A stretch of DNA of 46,515 bases, from the IMG/VR virus record IMGVR_UViG_3300026543_000012, positions 1 through 46,515 of that record; one strand, given 5' to 3'. Shown here one piece after another: positions 25,835 through 36,154 of this stretch (the stretch's first letter is position 1; the number at the start of each line of letters is the position of its first letter). This DNA comes from a virus. Taxonomy: Duplodnaviria > Caudoviricetes. The notes under the pieces were generated by a model. It saw only the letters and a list, made by a program, of their open reading frames with translations, had not been told where the DNA came from and did not search any database. A program made the position numbers and the translations under genes.

Positions 25835-27574
25835 CTAATTTTCCTTCAAAAATAGTTTAATAACATCAAATGCTTCCTGCTCGGATTTTCCAAATGCAAC
25901 ATCTTCCACACTTTGAGCAATATCAACCGCTGTACCTACGGCTGTACGTCCTTTCTCTGCTTCTTTTGCCGCTCGGGTAATCTGGCCTTTAAACCCTGTT
26001 GCTGGAGCAGTTTTAAAGATTTCTTCCAGCTCGTTAGCCCAAATTACTTGCGTTACAATATCATCGTCAAAAGTTGCACCATACTTTCGTGAGATTTCGC
26101 TGATCTCAACCACCGCATCAAACATATTTTCACGACCCAGATTATTACTGAGTAGTGATCTTAATTTTTTACCAAGCGCTTTATCTGCACTAGGTCCGGC
26201 TAAGTCTAGCTTCCGCCCCGCTGCATCCTGTAAAGCATCCAGCGCCCTAATAGTATCTGAATACGTTGTATTGGCTTTATTGTAATTGGGAAAGGCAGAA
26301 TCAAGTGCGTCATCGATTCCAGATCTGAAATTCCTCAAAACCCTCTCGGCATCACCACCAAGACCGCCAGGAACATCTTTGCCAAATGTTACATTTCGAT
26401 CTATGATCTTTTTCATTTCATGCGCTTTGGCAGCGTCAATTGGCCCTTGTTTTTGTAGTCGCGCCATTTGGCGGATTATTTCTTTTGTCGGTCCTCTATC
26501 GCCGGGGGCTAAGGTTAATTCATCAAAATTAACCTTTATCACGCCATTTTCATTAGTTATCTTAATGCCAAAACTATCGAGCGCCTCTGCAAACTCTCTG
26601 GTTGGTTCGCTCAAATCTACATCTTTCCCTTTTAATTCTTTTTTGGCGATTCGATTAATATCTCGCCCTGCTTTTTTATTAACACTTTTTAAATATTTAA
26701 CACTATCAAGTAGTGTGTCGCCAACAACATCACCACTTCGATTTAATGCCGCAAATCTTTTGTTCCCCTTACCCCTTTCTATTATATCGACCATTCGCAA
26801 TACTTTAGAGCGGTCGGTCGCAGTTGCCCCGCGCAACATAGCTAGTGAGCCTGGGTCAAATCCCTGTCTAATCGATTTGGCAAATAATCCTGAAGGGTCG
26901 TTTTTAATCTTGCCTGCACCATTAATTAAATACTTGCCAAATTTTGTTTCAATTCCTTCACCTAAATCTATTTGATCAATTATTTTCTGCTTTATTTCCG
27001 ACTTCGGCGTGAATAAATCCTTAGCCTTTCCGATTAACGATTTAGCGCCTTTAACAGCGATGCCTGCAAGTATTGGTAACGCTACCCCCGCTGTGACTCC
27101 TACACCAGTGCCAATAGCTGTACTAACCGCTGTTTCTTTCGAGAAAAGTTCATCTTCATCGGCAAGACCCGCGCCTGCGATAGCGCCCTCGGCACCACCG
27201 ATTAATGCAGCACTACCCAAACCTGTTGCCTTTACTAATCCTGCTACGCCAGTACCAACCCCACCAGCAATTTCTAAACCAGTGGAAAGAACTGGATTTT
27301 TTTCTTTAAACTCAGCGTCTTCCTCTCTAAAGGAAGTACGAGCATCGATCATTAGTTGCCCAAAATCCTTATCAGAAACGAATGGGGAGGCCACGGCAGC
27401 AGCTATTACGGATTGAATCTCGTCAGAAAATCCAAGTGTTGCACCTTTTAGTAATGATTGCATTGATCCCTTCGCAAGATCGCCTGTCGTTTGATCAGGT
27501 TCATCTAACACAAACCCCTCTGGGATATTCTCCGAGTCCAGCGTAAATCCTTCTGGTACTACAGGGGTTGCCAT
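25835..27574 (-). CDS. Internal virion/DNA ejection protein (large)
   Basis: PEGF.LD repeats, GATLGFSDE, Gly/Ala hydrophobic segments; position. Confidence 0.7.
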   Translation of the reverse strand: MATPVVPEGFTLDSENIPEGFVLDEPDQTTGDLAKGSMQSLLKGATLGFSDEIQSVIAAAVASPFVSDKDFGQLMIDARTSFREEDAEFKEKNPVLSTGLEIAGGVGTGVAGLVKATGLGSAALIGGAEGAIAGAGLADEDELFSKETAVSTAIGTGVGVTAGVALPILAGIAVKGAKSLIGKAKDLFTPKSEIKQKIIDQIDLGEGIETKFGKYLINGAGKIKNDPSGLFAKSIRQGFDPGSLAMLRGATATDRSKVLRMVDIIERGKGNKRFAALNRSGDVVGDTLLDSVKYLKSVNKKAGRDINRIAKKELKGKDVDLSEPTREFAEALDSFGIKITNENGVIKVNFDELTLAPGDRGPTKEIIRQMARLQKQGPIDAAKAHEMKKIIDRNVTFGKDVPGGLGGDAERVLRNFRSGIDDALDSAFPNYNKANTTYSDTIRALDALQDAAGRKLDLAGPSADKALGKKLRSLLSNNLGRENMFDAVVEISEISRKYGATFDDDIVTQVIWANELEEIFKTAPATGFKGQITRAAKEAEKGRTAVGTAVDIAQSVEDVAFGKSEQEAFDVIKLFLKEN

Positions 27575-28692
27575 TTTCCGTCCTTAAAAATAATCTTATC
27601 CCCAGCGGTATTAGTTGCAGTTGCGCCCTCCTGTATCACTGGTGCAGTCTGTAATTGATTATTCTCACTATCTGTTTTAGTAACTAAATCTCTGAAACCA
27701 CCGATATAATCAACGGCAACATTATCAGGGTTAATATCCTGCCTAGTGGCTAGACCTCTAAAAACACCTTCTAATTCCCGCTGTATTTTTAATTGAGCGC
27801 CAAATAGATTACCTGCTTCCTTCTTAAAATTTTCACGTTGTACCGGCCCCAATCTATCGCCCCTCAAAGCCTTGTTGTATAGAGTAACAATCCTAGTCGG
27901 TATCCCAGCGGTTTGTTCTGCGGTCGCAAATTCAGTTTCTCTAACTGTAGAACCAGGATCGATTATTCTCATAAACGCGAATATCAATGAAACATCACCC
28001 GCACCTGTATCAGACGAGGTTATTAACTTCTCATAAGAAGCCCTTATATCGATAAAATCTTGGGATTGTTTGGTAAACTCTTTTCGCATACCACCTATAT
28101 CAGTCAATTTTGCTGGTTCGCCTTTCTCTTCTGCGTCTATAACCTCCTGAATCGCATTAGCTTGGTCGCTATCTTCTCCAAACATATCAACAGCAAGTTG
28201 CTTGTCGGATATTAACTTCCCCATAGTAGATTGAAATTTCTCTTGATCATCGCCTTGCAAAGTTTTGGAGTCCTGCCACATTTGATCAGTGAGTTCCACA
28301 TTATCCAGCGCATCTCCGAATATTGGCTGGTATTCTTCTTTTTTCCGGTTGAAATAATTCTGGGCGTCTTCGAAATTATCAAAATTAGCTACGTCACTAA
28401 CAATTTCATCCACAATTTCCTTATTATCTTCAAATAACTTCCGCGTCCTGGTTTGTTTGTCTAATTCGGCTTGTTCGCTAGTAGCTTTTCTCTTGCGGGT
28501 TTCTTCCATGATCTTTGCACCCAAAGCAGGGTTTACAGACATTAATTCCTGCTGGGCTTGAGGATTCCCCATATAAGCATCGCCTGCTAGTTTATTTTGA
28601 TACTGAGTCTGTTGATTAATACCTCTTTTTTCAAGACCTCGGCCTATTGATGCTCCAGCTTGTGTAAGAAATGGTGTGTATAGTGATGGCAT
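27559..28692 (-). CDS. Internal virion/DNA ejection protein
   Basis: GDVSLIFAFMRIIDPGSTVRE.EF motif; helical; position. Confidence 0.7.
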   Translation of the reverse strand: MPSLYTPFLTQAGASIGRGLEKRGINQQTQYQNKLAGDAYMGNPQAQQELMSVNPALGAKIMEETRKRKATSEQAELDKQTRTRKLFEDNKEIVDEIVSDVANFDNFEDAQNYFNRKKEEYQPIFGDALDNVELTDQMWQDSKTLQGDDQEKFQSTMGKLISDKQLAVDMFGEDSDQANAIQEVIDAEEKGEPAKLTDIGGMRKEFTKQSQDFIDIRASYEKLITSSDTGAGDVSLIFAFMRIIDPGSTVRETEFATAEQTAGIPTRIVTLYNKALRGDRLGPVQRENFKKEAGNLFGAQLKIQRELEGVFRGLATRQDINPDNVAVDYIGGFRDLVTKTDSENNQLQTAPVIQEGATATNTAGDKIIFKDGKWQPL

Positions 28693-29378
28693 CAGATAAA
28701 CTGGTCCACAGGAATTGAAGCAGGATCAACATAAGATGTTGGTGGAGGTGTGCTACCAGCTAGATAACCACTGTATATATTAGCACCCGCTCCCACTATA
28801 TCGCCAAATGCCGCCTGATTAGTTTGGGCAGCACTTACATTATATCCACCAGCTATCTGCTGGGCTGATAAGTTTTGTTGCCCCATCGCAATCCCTTGTC
28901 CTACCCCCATCGATGCAAGATTAGTCGCGGTAGTCGGTGAGGACATATTGGTTAAAAGGTTCATATAATTATTGTAAAAACTTTGCTGTACCCCGGCACT
29001 GGCCTCACCAGCAGCCTCTCCCCTTCTGCCTGAGTATAAATTGCCCGAGTTCGCACTGGCCTGGTCTACGCCTTCTCTAGTCTCAGTCAGCATAGCCTGA
29101 TAGCCGGGGGTATCCAAATAAGCCGTTCCTGCTTCTCCCTCTGCAAGGCCGAGTTCAACCATTAACTGATCCCGTGCTGTCCCCGAATCTTCAATATAAG
29201 GGGTTAAAAGGTCAGTGGCTATCCCGTACCTTTCTCTATTAAGTGCTTCGGCTTCTCTGGCGGCTTGTAATTGCGCGTCAGAGGCTTTCCCGGCTGCTTT
29301 AGCCGTTTTCCCGGCTCCGATCACAGAACCAACAGCACCAATACCAGCAGATACTACTGCTGTGACTGGATCAGGCAT
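28692..29378 (-). CDS. DNA transfer protein (P22 gp7-like)
   Basis: Gly/Ala N-terminus, L.PY, TPGYQ, G.LYSG motifs. Confidence 0.75.
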   Translation of the reverse strand: MPDPVTAVVSAGIGAVGSVIGAGKTAKAAGKASDAQLQAAREAEALNRERYGIATDLLTPYIEDSGTARDQLMVELGLAEGEAGTAYLDTPGYQAMLTETREGVDQASANSGNLYSGRRGEAAGEASAGVQQSFYNNYMNLLTNMSSPTTATNLASMGVGQGIAMGQQNLSAQQIAGGYNVSAAQTNQAAFGDIVGAGANIYSGYLAGSTPPPTSYVDPASIPVDQFI

Positions 29379-29820
29379 GGTCGCTCCTGAGACTTTTTAT
29401 TGTCTCACCGTATAATAATCTGATTTTCGGGCCTAATTCCTCCGTTCTTTTATCACCAAATAAATGATAAGTAATTAAAGAAAACATATCGTAAATACCC
29501 GCCCTTAGCATATAGGTTTTTTCAAAATCCGGTTTTTCTAAAGATTCCATTGTATTAGAGTCTCGCCACCTTAAATAGATATTTAAAAGATGGCAGTTTA
29601 TACCGGGTATTATTCTGTAAACTGGATTCATCGGTATATCGTAGATCAGGTATCTAAAAATTCTATTAATATCATCATCTGATACTTTGTCTTTATCAAT
29701 AAGATCATCCCATAAATGGGCTACTTCCAAAAGCATCATTGATAGATTAATCGCATCTTGATTGCCTGTGTAAAATTCATTAAATGCTTTCAAAAAAACA
29801 TCTTTTTGGTCTTCCCGCAT
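29371..29820 (-). CDS. Helical DDxxD-motif protein (isoprenoid synthase-like)
   Basis: LLEVAHLWDDLIDKD. Confidence 0.55.
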   Translation of the reverse strand: MREDQKDVFLKAFNEFYTGNQDAINLSMMLLEVAHLWDDLIDKDKVSDDDINRIFRYLIYDIPMNPVYRIIPGINCHLLNIYLRWRDSNTMESLEKPDFEKTYMLRAGIYDMFSLITYHLFGDKRTEELGPKIRLLYGETIKSLRSDHA

Positions 29821-29823
29821 AAA

Positions 29824-31245
29824 TTACATACCCACTCTTGGATAAATATACGCACCATAAAACTGAACCCCTACCGGGTCGGTGACTTCTAATTTTAAAC
29901 CAAAATCCTTGTTTCGCACAACCCGCCCGAAGTTTCTCAAAGGCACTCTTTTCCTATGGTCTCCAAACTGACCTAAAGGTATATGACCTTTATTCACGTA
30001 AGTATTCCCTCCGTCTTTAGTATAGTAAACCATCATCTGAGGGTCTAATGATGGGTCAGTCGTTTGTGAGACTTCCATATCTATTTCAATTAATGGGATG
30101 GTTACGTCTTTTTCGTAACTGACTGAGGGTGTTATAAGTTTAGCCCTCATTACTAGAGAGTTCTCTGTTCTGTTTGAAGGGTCCAGAGTCCATAGCTTCC
30201 CATCTATCGAATCTCCGCAAATAATCATATCACCAAACTTAACAGAACTATTCACCCTCCATAGTCCAAAACCTTCAGACTCCCTAACATGAGAAAGTCC
30301 TGTATTTAGATCGTAACCCCATGTCCACTTCTCTTCCGGGAAAGTCAGATAATAAATAGAGTGTATAGGCCCATCGACAAAGAAACCTATCGCGTCCGTG
30401 ACATTGTTAAATCCAGGGTAAGTAGTTGTCCCGTTACCCCTTACTTTAAGTTCAAATTCTAAATTGGAAATCTTGATTAATTGAGTCCCGCGCATCATTC
30501 TGACAGTACGATCATCAGCGAGAAAAGCGAAGTAATCGTTAATCTCAGCAAGAGAGTCTTTAGCTAGAATCCCCCACTCTTTAGTAGCCCCTTTGACCTG
30601 CCTTAATGGTAAGGTAGTATCAGTGAAAGACTGCCAATACTCAGTAGTATCGGAGCCTAGCGGCCAGAATGCTGATTTCTTAGCAACACAAGCCACCATC
30701 TCATCGGGAGATTCTTCGGCACTAGCAAACGTCAAAGGGTCATAAGATTTACCATTGGAAATTTCCGATCCAAAAAACTCATTCGTACCATCCCTCACTA
30801 ACCAGAAACGCTCATTCAAGACCGTTACGGATGAACTTGAAAAGAAATCTACATCTGTTATCGATACCAGTCCGTTCGCGTTATCATAGATAAAACCCGC
30901 ACCCGATCCGTTCAAGATTAGAATCTGCGAATCCCCTGGAACTGCATTAGCTTGTAATTTAGCCCTGCCCTCTCCACCTACCACTCCTAGAGTCGTTACT
31001 ACTCCAGTAAAGGAAACTCTGTATAGGGTAGTCCCTGACACAACATAAGCCAGGTTATCATTGATTAGAATATCAGACCTGACCGGGCCTAACGCAAGAG
31101 TGGCGAATAACGTCAACCCTTCAGTCCTTCGAGCAGTCCTATAGGCACCATCCTTATCGCCTTCGGGGATTAGATTAACCACCGACCCACGGGACTTTTT
31201 AGAATCAAACTCCTTGCCCTGTCCTCCTAATGGGAATTCAGCCAT
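29824..31245 (-). CDS. Tail hub / packaged DNA stabilization protein (P22 gp10-like)
   Basis: FASAEESPD, G..T.EYW, GPIHSIYYLTFP..TW.YD, SKDGG-like (TKDGG), FGDHRKRV. Confidence 0.85.
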   Translation of the reverse strand: MAEFPLGGQGKEFDSKKSRGSVVNLIPEGDKDGAYRTARRTEGLTLFATLALGPVRSDILINDNLAYVVSGTTLYRVSFTGVVTTLGVVGGEGRAKLQANAVPGDSQILILNGSGAGFIYDNANGLVSITDVDFFSSSSVTVLNERFWLVRDGTNEFFGSEISNGKSYDPLTFASAEESPDEMVACVAKKSAFWPLGSDTTEYWQSFTDTTLPLRQVKGATKEWGILAKDSLAEINDYFAFLADDRTVRMMRGTQLIKISNLEFELKVRGNGTTTYPGFNNVTDAIGFFVDGPIHSIYYLTFPEEKWTWGYDLNTGLSHVRESEGFGLWRVNSSVKFGDMIICGDSIDGKLWTLDPSNRTENSLVMRAKLITPSVSYEKDVTIPLIEIDMEVSQTTDPSLDPQMMVYYTKDGGNTYVNKGHIPLGQFGDHRKRVPLRNFGRVVRNKDFGLKLEVTDPVGVQFYGAYIYPRVGM

Positions 31246-32203
31246 AACGCTTCATCTTCATTTTGATAGGATAAATATCAGAGTCGTAAGCCAGTAGGTC
31301 GTTTTTTAAAATTATGGCCTCGGACTTAACCCAGTCAGCTAATCCTTTACTCGTTCCAAAAATAGGAATTAACTTAACGGCATAATTATAAACAAAATAA
31401 TCCAAAGCATAATCGGGAATGTCTATTGTGTCGTCTGAGTCGATTAATATTTGTAGTTTACGTTCGTAAGTAAAATTAATAATCGGAACTGAGGAAACAG
31501 GGGAATTCCACAAATACATAACACCAGATGTTTCTCCTGCTATATCCTGGCGGTCATAATATGCTTGAATAGGCGTTCCGCTTTGAGTTTTGTTTGGCAG
31601 GTTAAAATAATCTTGTCTCGATTCAAATACGATAGGAATCTCGTAATCTGTAGACTCTTGCCGCCTTACGTTTAAAACCCTGGAAACTGGAATTAATGCA
31701 GGACTTGTTTTTTTGCCTACACGGTAGTTTCTAACAAACGCACCTGATAGGGTTGCGAGCGTAATCGCATCATCGAGAATAATAGAGAGTCCGGAAACCT
31801 CTTTAACGGTCGTCCAGAATAAATTATTGTCGTTTTGAATAATTCCTATCGGGTCGGTAGCTTGTATATTTGTGGCACTGGTGACCAATATAGTCGTAGC
31901 ACCTGCTGTTGTATCTGCAGTTGTTGTGGTTTCGAACCAGGTATTAGCTATATGAGTATCTGAGAGTTGGAAGTCGTACTTCTCCTTTCCTACGTCCAGA
32001 AATAGAGTCCCTTCAGTGTAAGACCAAAGATGAATGCCTTGAGTAGACAATTCCTTGATCATCCTGTTTAAAGGATTTTTAGCTCGTCCTAAAGTATCAC
32101 CGTGTAAAGACTCGCCGTCACCAGTGGCTTGAATTAGGTCAAGTGCCTCTGTGACTAGTTCGTTGAGGGTTTTTGTGAGTGTGAAAACACCGCTTGTAGG
32201 CAT
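31238..32203 (-). CDS. Head-tail adaptor with inserted beta domain
   Basis: EAL......LN.M..E...GIHLW; Y..LPNK.Q.G.P.Q.YYD; P......YN.A.L. Confidence 0.7.
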   Translation of the reverse strand: MPTSGVFTLTKTLNELVTEALDLIQATGDGESLHGDTLGRAKNPLNRMIKELSTQGIHLWSYTEGTLFLDVGKEKYDFQLSDTHIANTWFETTTTADTTAGATTILVTSATNIQATDPIGIIQNDNNLFWTTVKEVSGLSIILDDAITLATLSGAFVRNYRVGKKTSPALIPVSRVLNVRRQESTDYEIPIVFESRQDYFNLPNKTQSGTPIQAYYDRQDIAGETSGVMYLWNSPVSSVPIINFTYERKLQILIDSDDTIDIPDYALDYFVYNYAVKLIPIFGTSKGLADWVKSEAIILKNDLLAYDSDIYPIKMKMKRYG

Positions 32204-32451
32204 TATACAATTGTGAAACTCAATACATCGTCAGTATCCAAAGACTCAATTCTTATGTCTTTGAAAGTTTGTTGGACTACAGGAATAACAGGAAAATCCT
32301 GCGGTTGGCGAGGATGCCAGCCTTCGTCTGTTAGAAATCCTTCCCACCTCAATTTCATTTGAGACCTTTTCCTCTTGAAACCAGTAATATCGTCCACAGT
32401 ATTAGAGTCATTTGGACTAAAGTAGTTGGTAGAATGGTATCGTCTTCCCAT
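32203..32451 (-). CDS. Small morphogenesis protein
   Basis: DDITGFK...W.G.....W.PRQPQD. Confidence 0.65.
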   Translation of the reverse strand: MGRRYHSTNYFSPNDSNTVDDITGFKRKRSQMKLRWEGFLTDEGWHPRQPQDFPVIPVVQQTFKDIRIESLDTDDVLSFTIV

Positions 32452-32855
32452 TAGCTATTTCTCACCATCAACAAAATAGACCCTTGATCTTCGGCTGTAG
32501 TAAAGCCATTCGTAGTAATCTGAATAGCGCCTGTCCCATCCAAACCAGGAAAGTCCTTGAGACCGCCCCAGGGATTGAAGTCTATATGGTTATCGCCACG
32601 TTCAGGAAGAACCCAGATCATGTTGTCATCAACCTCTCCATTATCAAACTCGATACGAGCATCAAAACCTGAAAAGTTGTAAGTGATTTCTTCAATAACA
32701 ATCTTGCTAGATGACAGAACTCCTAAATCATTTACAGGATCAACCAGGACTTGATCTACTAGTTCTCCAGCAGCACCGTCACTTAATAAGAAAATATGAA
32801 ACTGTGATCTATGCGTACCTGGTAAGATATTGGTAATCGTTACCGTATTAGCCAT
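32451..32855 (-). CDS. Virion structural protein
   Basis: DF..WGGL....G.G.TG.I..TT.G; position. Confidence 0.6.
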   Translation of the reverse strand: MANTVTITNILPGTHRSQFHIFLLSDGAAGELVDQVLVDPVNDLGVLSSSKIVIEEITYNFSGFDARIEFDNGEVDDNMIWVLPERGDNHIDFNPWGGLKDFPGLDGTGAIQITTNGFTTAEDQGSILLMVRNS

Positions 32856-32857
32856 GA

Positions 32858-33388
32858 TTAAATTGCGTCAGCTTCAGCCCATGAAATGGAGCATAATCCT
32901 GTTCTTGCGGCTGTGAGTGTCGAGAAGCAAACATAAGTTCCCGGGGTTACAACCAGCGTACCGTTAAATTTAGCTTCAAACGCCTGGTTTCCATCTTGTG
33001 AACCTGTAATCCTGATATGACCGATAGGCCGTATCCATACTGGAGTGGTCAGCAATGTTGCAACACTAAACACTCTTGCAGCGCCAATATTAGCATTAGA
33101 GCCTTTTAGTTTTGCATTATGTATGACGGCTGCAGTACCTGTTTGAACGGCATTAGCCACCGCAGAAGAAACAGCAATTCCCATTTCAGCAATAGTGGAA
33201 AGCGTTGAGCCTACAAAAGACATATTATCAACGATTAAATCTTTCCCGCTATTGATTGGGTTTGACAACACCAGTCCCGTGCAAGTCGCCGACAAGACCG
33301 TGACTGCGCCAGAGGTCGTGTTGTGACTGTGATACATATTACCCAATCGTGCTTGATCTAAAAACCAATTACTCATATTAATCTCCAA
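32858..33388 (-). CDS. Virion structural protein
   Basis: L.NP.NSGK.L...LVVTPG; beta-rich. Confidence 0.6.
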   Translation of the reverse strand: MEINMSNWFLDQARLGNMYHSHNTTSGAVTVLSATCTGLVLSNPINSGKDLIVDNMSFVGSTLSTIAEMGIAVSSAVANAVQTGTAAVIHNAKLKGSNANIGAARVFSVATLLTTPVWIRPIGHIRITGSQDGNQAFEAKFNGTLVVTPGTYVCFSTLTAARTGLCSISWAEADAI

Positions 33389-34360
33389 TTATGCTGCTTG
33401 GTTAGGGTTGACAAGTCCACCCTGGCTGGCAACTGCTCCAGTGCTATATACCGCGGATGCTCTTAGGTTACTGGCAATTGTGTATGCAACACCTGTGGTA
33501 TCTAGCGTATGCACGTAACAATTAGTTATAAAACCAGTGCTGGTAGTGCCGGTAACTTTAACTAGAGTGTTTATATTGGTAGTACCAAGTACCCCAACAG
33601 TACAATCTTGCATCAAGAAGTCAGTGACAATGCCTGTAACGTCTAATATTGCTGGTTCATCAGCAGTATCAATACTGTCCACTAGGACATTTTTGAATGT
33701 CATCCCTCTGGCCGTAGCAGCTAAAACAGCAAAAGTATTAAACGTAGTACCAAGCATGGATGCCCGGCAATTTTCGATATGTAGACCGTCAACCGTATTA
33801 GCAGCTCCGGTAGACTCGATAATATTGACAGTGTTCAGTGATGCGCTTGTATCACTAAATCCACAACCAACCATTGCGAAATTTTTGGCTGTAGTCAGTG
33901 TGAACATAATTGCATTACTAAGGAAGTTAGCAACAAAATCACAATTCATAATGGTGACGTTGGCGGCTGTTACAGCAACGGTAACGGTGTTGGCTGTATC
34001 AAATGTGAATGTTGGTTTCAACGAACCGGAACCCAAACCTACAATTGCCACTCCAGCAACATCGAGGGTTAGGTCATCTGATGTTGCCGTGGCAGTGGAG
34101 TAAGTCTCCGTATGGCCGGGCAAAATCATAATAATATCGCCACGGTTGGCAGTACATTGACCAATTGCAAAATCTAATGTCCGAAATGGTCGGGCAAAAG
34201 TTCCTTTGCCGGCCGTATCAGCACCGGCGAGTTGTTGTCCGTCATTATAAAGAACATCGGCATTGCCAACATAGAACACTCTGCCGGGATGCAACAATGT
34301 GAGGGGCATCCCTCGCAGGACTAAGTTGTTAATCCCATTGGGATAAGTACTAGCACTCAT
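33389..34360 (-). CDS. Capsid-associated beta-helix protein (head fibre-like)
   Basis: GTF.RPF.TL..AI..C.ANRGD.I...PGH.E; follows the major capsid gene. Confidence 0.65.
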   Translation of the reverse strand: MSASTYPNGINNLVLRGMPLTLLHPGRVFYVGNADVLYNDGQQLAGADTAGKGTFARPFRTLDFAIGQCTANRGDIIMILPGHTETYSTATATSDDLTLDVAGVAIVGLGSGSLKPTFTFDTANTVTVAVTAANVTIMNCDFVANFLSNAIMFTLTTAKNFAMVGCGFSDTSASLNTVNIIESTGAANTVDGLHIENCRASMLGTTFNTFAVLAATARGMTFKNVLVDSIDTADEPAILDVTGIVTDFLMQDCTVGVLGTTNINTLVKVTGTTSTGFITNCYVHTLDTTGVAYTIASNLRASAVYSTGAVASQGGLVNPNQAA

Positions 34361-34407
34361 TTGTTTCTCCTATGAACCCGTTTGGGTCGTTAGAATACTC
34401 ATAGTTC

Positions 34408-34433
34408 AAAAAAGGGAGGGATTGCACCCTCCC
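34408..34433 (-). terminator. Intrinsic terminator after the major capsid gene
   Basis: GGGAGGG-TGCAAT-CCCTCCC plus T6 on the minus strand. Confidence 0.85.
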
Positions 34434-34439
34434 GGTTAT

Positions 34440-35345
34440 TTATTGCCCGCTACCAAATCCGGCTCTAGGGTCAGTTAACCCATAAGATTTGTAAAACATA
34501 CCCTTATGACGGTAGTTACTTGTTCCAAAGTCGTTGTCTTGTTCGAAGGTATAACCCATTCGGTCAAAGATTTTAAACCCATCGTCTACATCGGTCTGGA
34601 TGAGCCATTCTGTCGCAGAGGTAAAACGATGATGTACATGATAACCGCCGGGGAAGATTCCGACTACTGGATTGATCGCGTTGTTTGCTGAGTCCGGCTC
34701 AAACCTTGATGCCAGAATACGGTCAGCGGTGTATCTTAGTTGTCGCGGAATGTGTAGTTTGGTAGCTCTTGCATCGATCAACAGACCAGCGCCATCACGA
34801 TAGTCTTCAATCGTAATCGTAGCGTCTTCTACTGCTGCTTGAGACAGCGGAGTAAAGACTGTGAAACGATTGGAGAACGTCCCGCCTTTTCCTAGTACGT
34901 GAGCGGTCGAAAATAGCGCCACACCATCACCGATAGGGAAGTTAGCGTCATACGAATTATTAATAACATTCGCCGCCAACTGCTCGTCGGTATGAACCAG
35001 AGACCTTTTTAAAGTCTTGCCTGACTTCGTTATAAGATCACGATAGAGGTTATTCATCTGGGCTTCCATTGTAATAATGGTCCCAAGTGCGAAAACCGCG
35101 TTAGTGTAGGTAGTGACGAAATCCTGTTTCTCACCATCGTATGTGATCTCAGTTCCTTCCGGTTTCAGAGGCGCTAATCCAGGACCGGACAGTGAAACGT
35201 CCAGTTCATACGATTTCTCTGATTTTTCGACTTTAAAGATTTTTGAGTATTCCATCTCGTAGTCTTTGTACTCGATAGTAGCTACAGCGTTAATCCCTTC
35301 CTGTAGGAGTCTGGCTTCTGAGCCTTGAGTGACTATGCTAGGCAT
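34440..35345 (-). CDS. Major capsid protein
   Basis: 301 aa; G.AP.KPEG..I.YD, ALG..IT.EA, GDGVALFSTAH, YS.G.TDPR; followed by a terminator. Confidence 0.85.
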   Translation of the reverse strand: MPSIVTQGSEARLLQEGINAVATIEYKDYEMEYSKIFKVEKSEKSYELDVSLSGPGLAPLKPEGTEITYDGEKQDFVTTYTNAVFALGTIITMEAQMNNLYRDLITKSGKTLKRSLVHTDEQLAANVINNSYDANFPIGDGVALFSTAHVLGKGGTFSNRFTVFTPLSQAAVEDATITIEDYRDGAGLLIDARATKLHIPRQLRYTADRILASRFEPDSANNAINPVVGIFPGGYHVHHRFTSATEWLIQTDVDDGFKIFDRMGYTFEQDNDFGTSNYRHKGMFYKSYGLTDPRAGFGSGQ

Positions 35346-35347
35346 GA

Positions 35348-35932
35348 TTAAATCCCCGTTTGTTGGCGATCATGCTGATAATCATTAAGCGTTACTGCCC
35401 AACGTGCGTTGGTGCCCAATACATTATCCGGTGCATCAATTAAGTGATGAATCCTGACCGCCAGGGTCGAGGTGCCTGCTGCTGATGTGCTGTCCAGTTC
35501 AGATGCTGATATGCCTGTAATAGCACTGCCGGTGCCTACAACAATTTCGGCATTAAGACCTACTTCGGTGATTTCAACATTATTCCCTACTGAATCTTCC
35601 TGAACGGAATAAAGAATATCGCCGCCCATAGCAACAAAGGCTGTACGGGCTGTTGATGCGAGTCGGTGAATTTTGGATAATGATCCCTCATCGGACCCGT
35701 CCGGTTCAAGACCGGTCAGAACACCGATAGCGGCATCGGTTAAAGCACATTGAGCAACAATAGGTAATTTACCCGTTGCGTCTGATGTACCTGTGAGTTT
35801 TACGCGGTCACCGATAAAACAAGCTACCGCATCGCCGGATGCGAATGCTACTCGTCTTAGTTTACCGCGCCAATCAGCACCTGTTAAGGTGCCTATAGGC
35901 GTTAAGCCTGATGGTCTGTCTGCGTTAGCCAT
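35348..35932 (-). CDS. Capsid decoration/cement protein
   Basis: MANADRPSGLTP...FIGD.V; directly upstream of the major capsid gene. Confidence 0.65.
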   Translation of the reverse strand: MANADRPSGLTPIGTLTGADWRGKLRRVAFASGDAVACFIGDRVKLTGTSDATGKLPIVAQCALTDAAIGVLTGLEPDGSDEGSLSKIHRLASTARTAFVAMGGDILYSVQEDSVGNNVEITEVGLNAEIVVGTGSAITGISASELDSTSAAGTSTLAVRIHHLIDAPDNVLGTNARWAVTLNDYQHDRQQTGI

Positions 35933-36038
35933 TATGGCCTCCTAAGTTAAAAGTGAAATGTGCGCCTCTTAGCGGCAGCAAGTCACTCTCTTAGGTGGCT
36001 AACTGACTGAATTCCTCTTAGAATTCAGGTGTTTTTGA

Positions 36039-36067
36039 ATATTAGAATATTAATATATTCAAGTCAA
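36039..36067 (-). promoter_or_regulatory. Sigma70 promoter for capsid genes
   Basis: TTGACT-17-TAATAT. Confidence 0.6.
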
Positions 36068-36154
36068 TAGATATAAACACGGTCGGAGCAAAGCCCACTC
36101 ACCTAATAGGCGCATTTCTGCCTTTCCGAGATGCGACCGTGCTTCACAATTATA

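Noticed and set aside
23066-33000. Long plus-strand ORFs opposite structural genes (e.g. 26286..26975, 23077..23574)
   Set aside because: These are antisense shadows of well-supported minus-strand genes.
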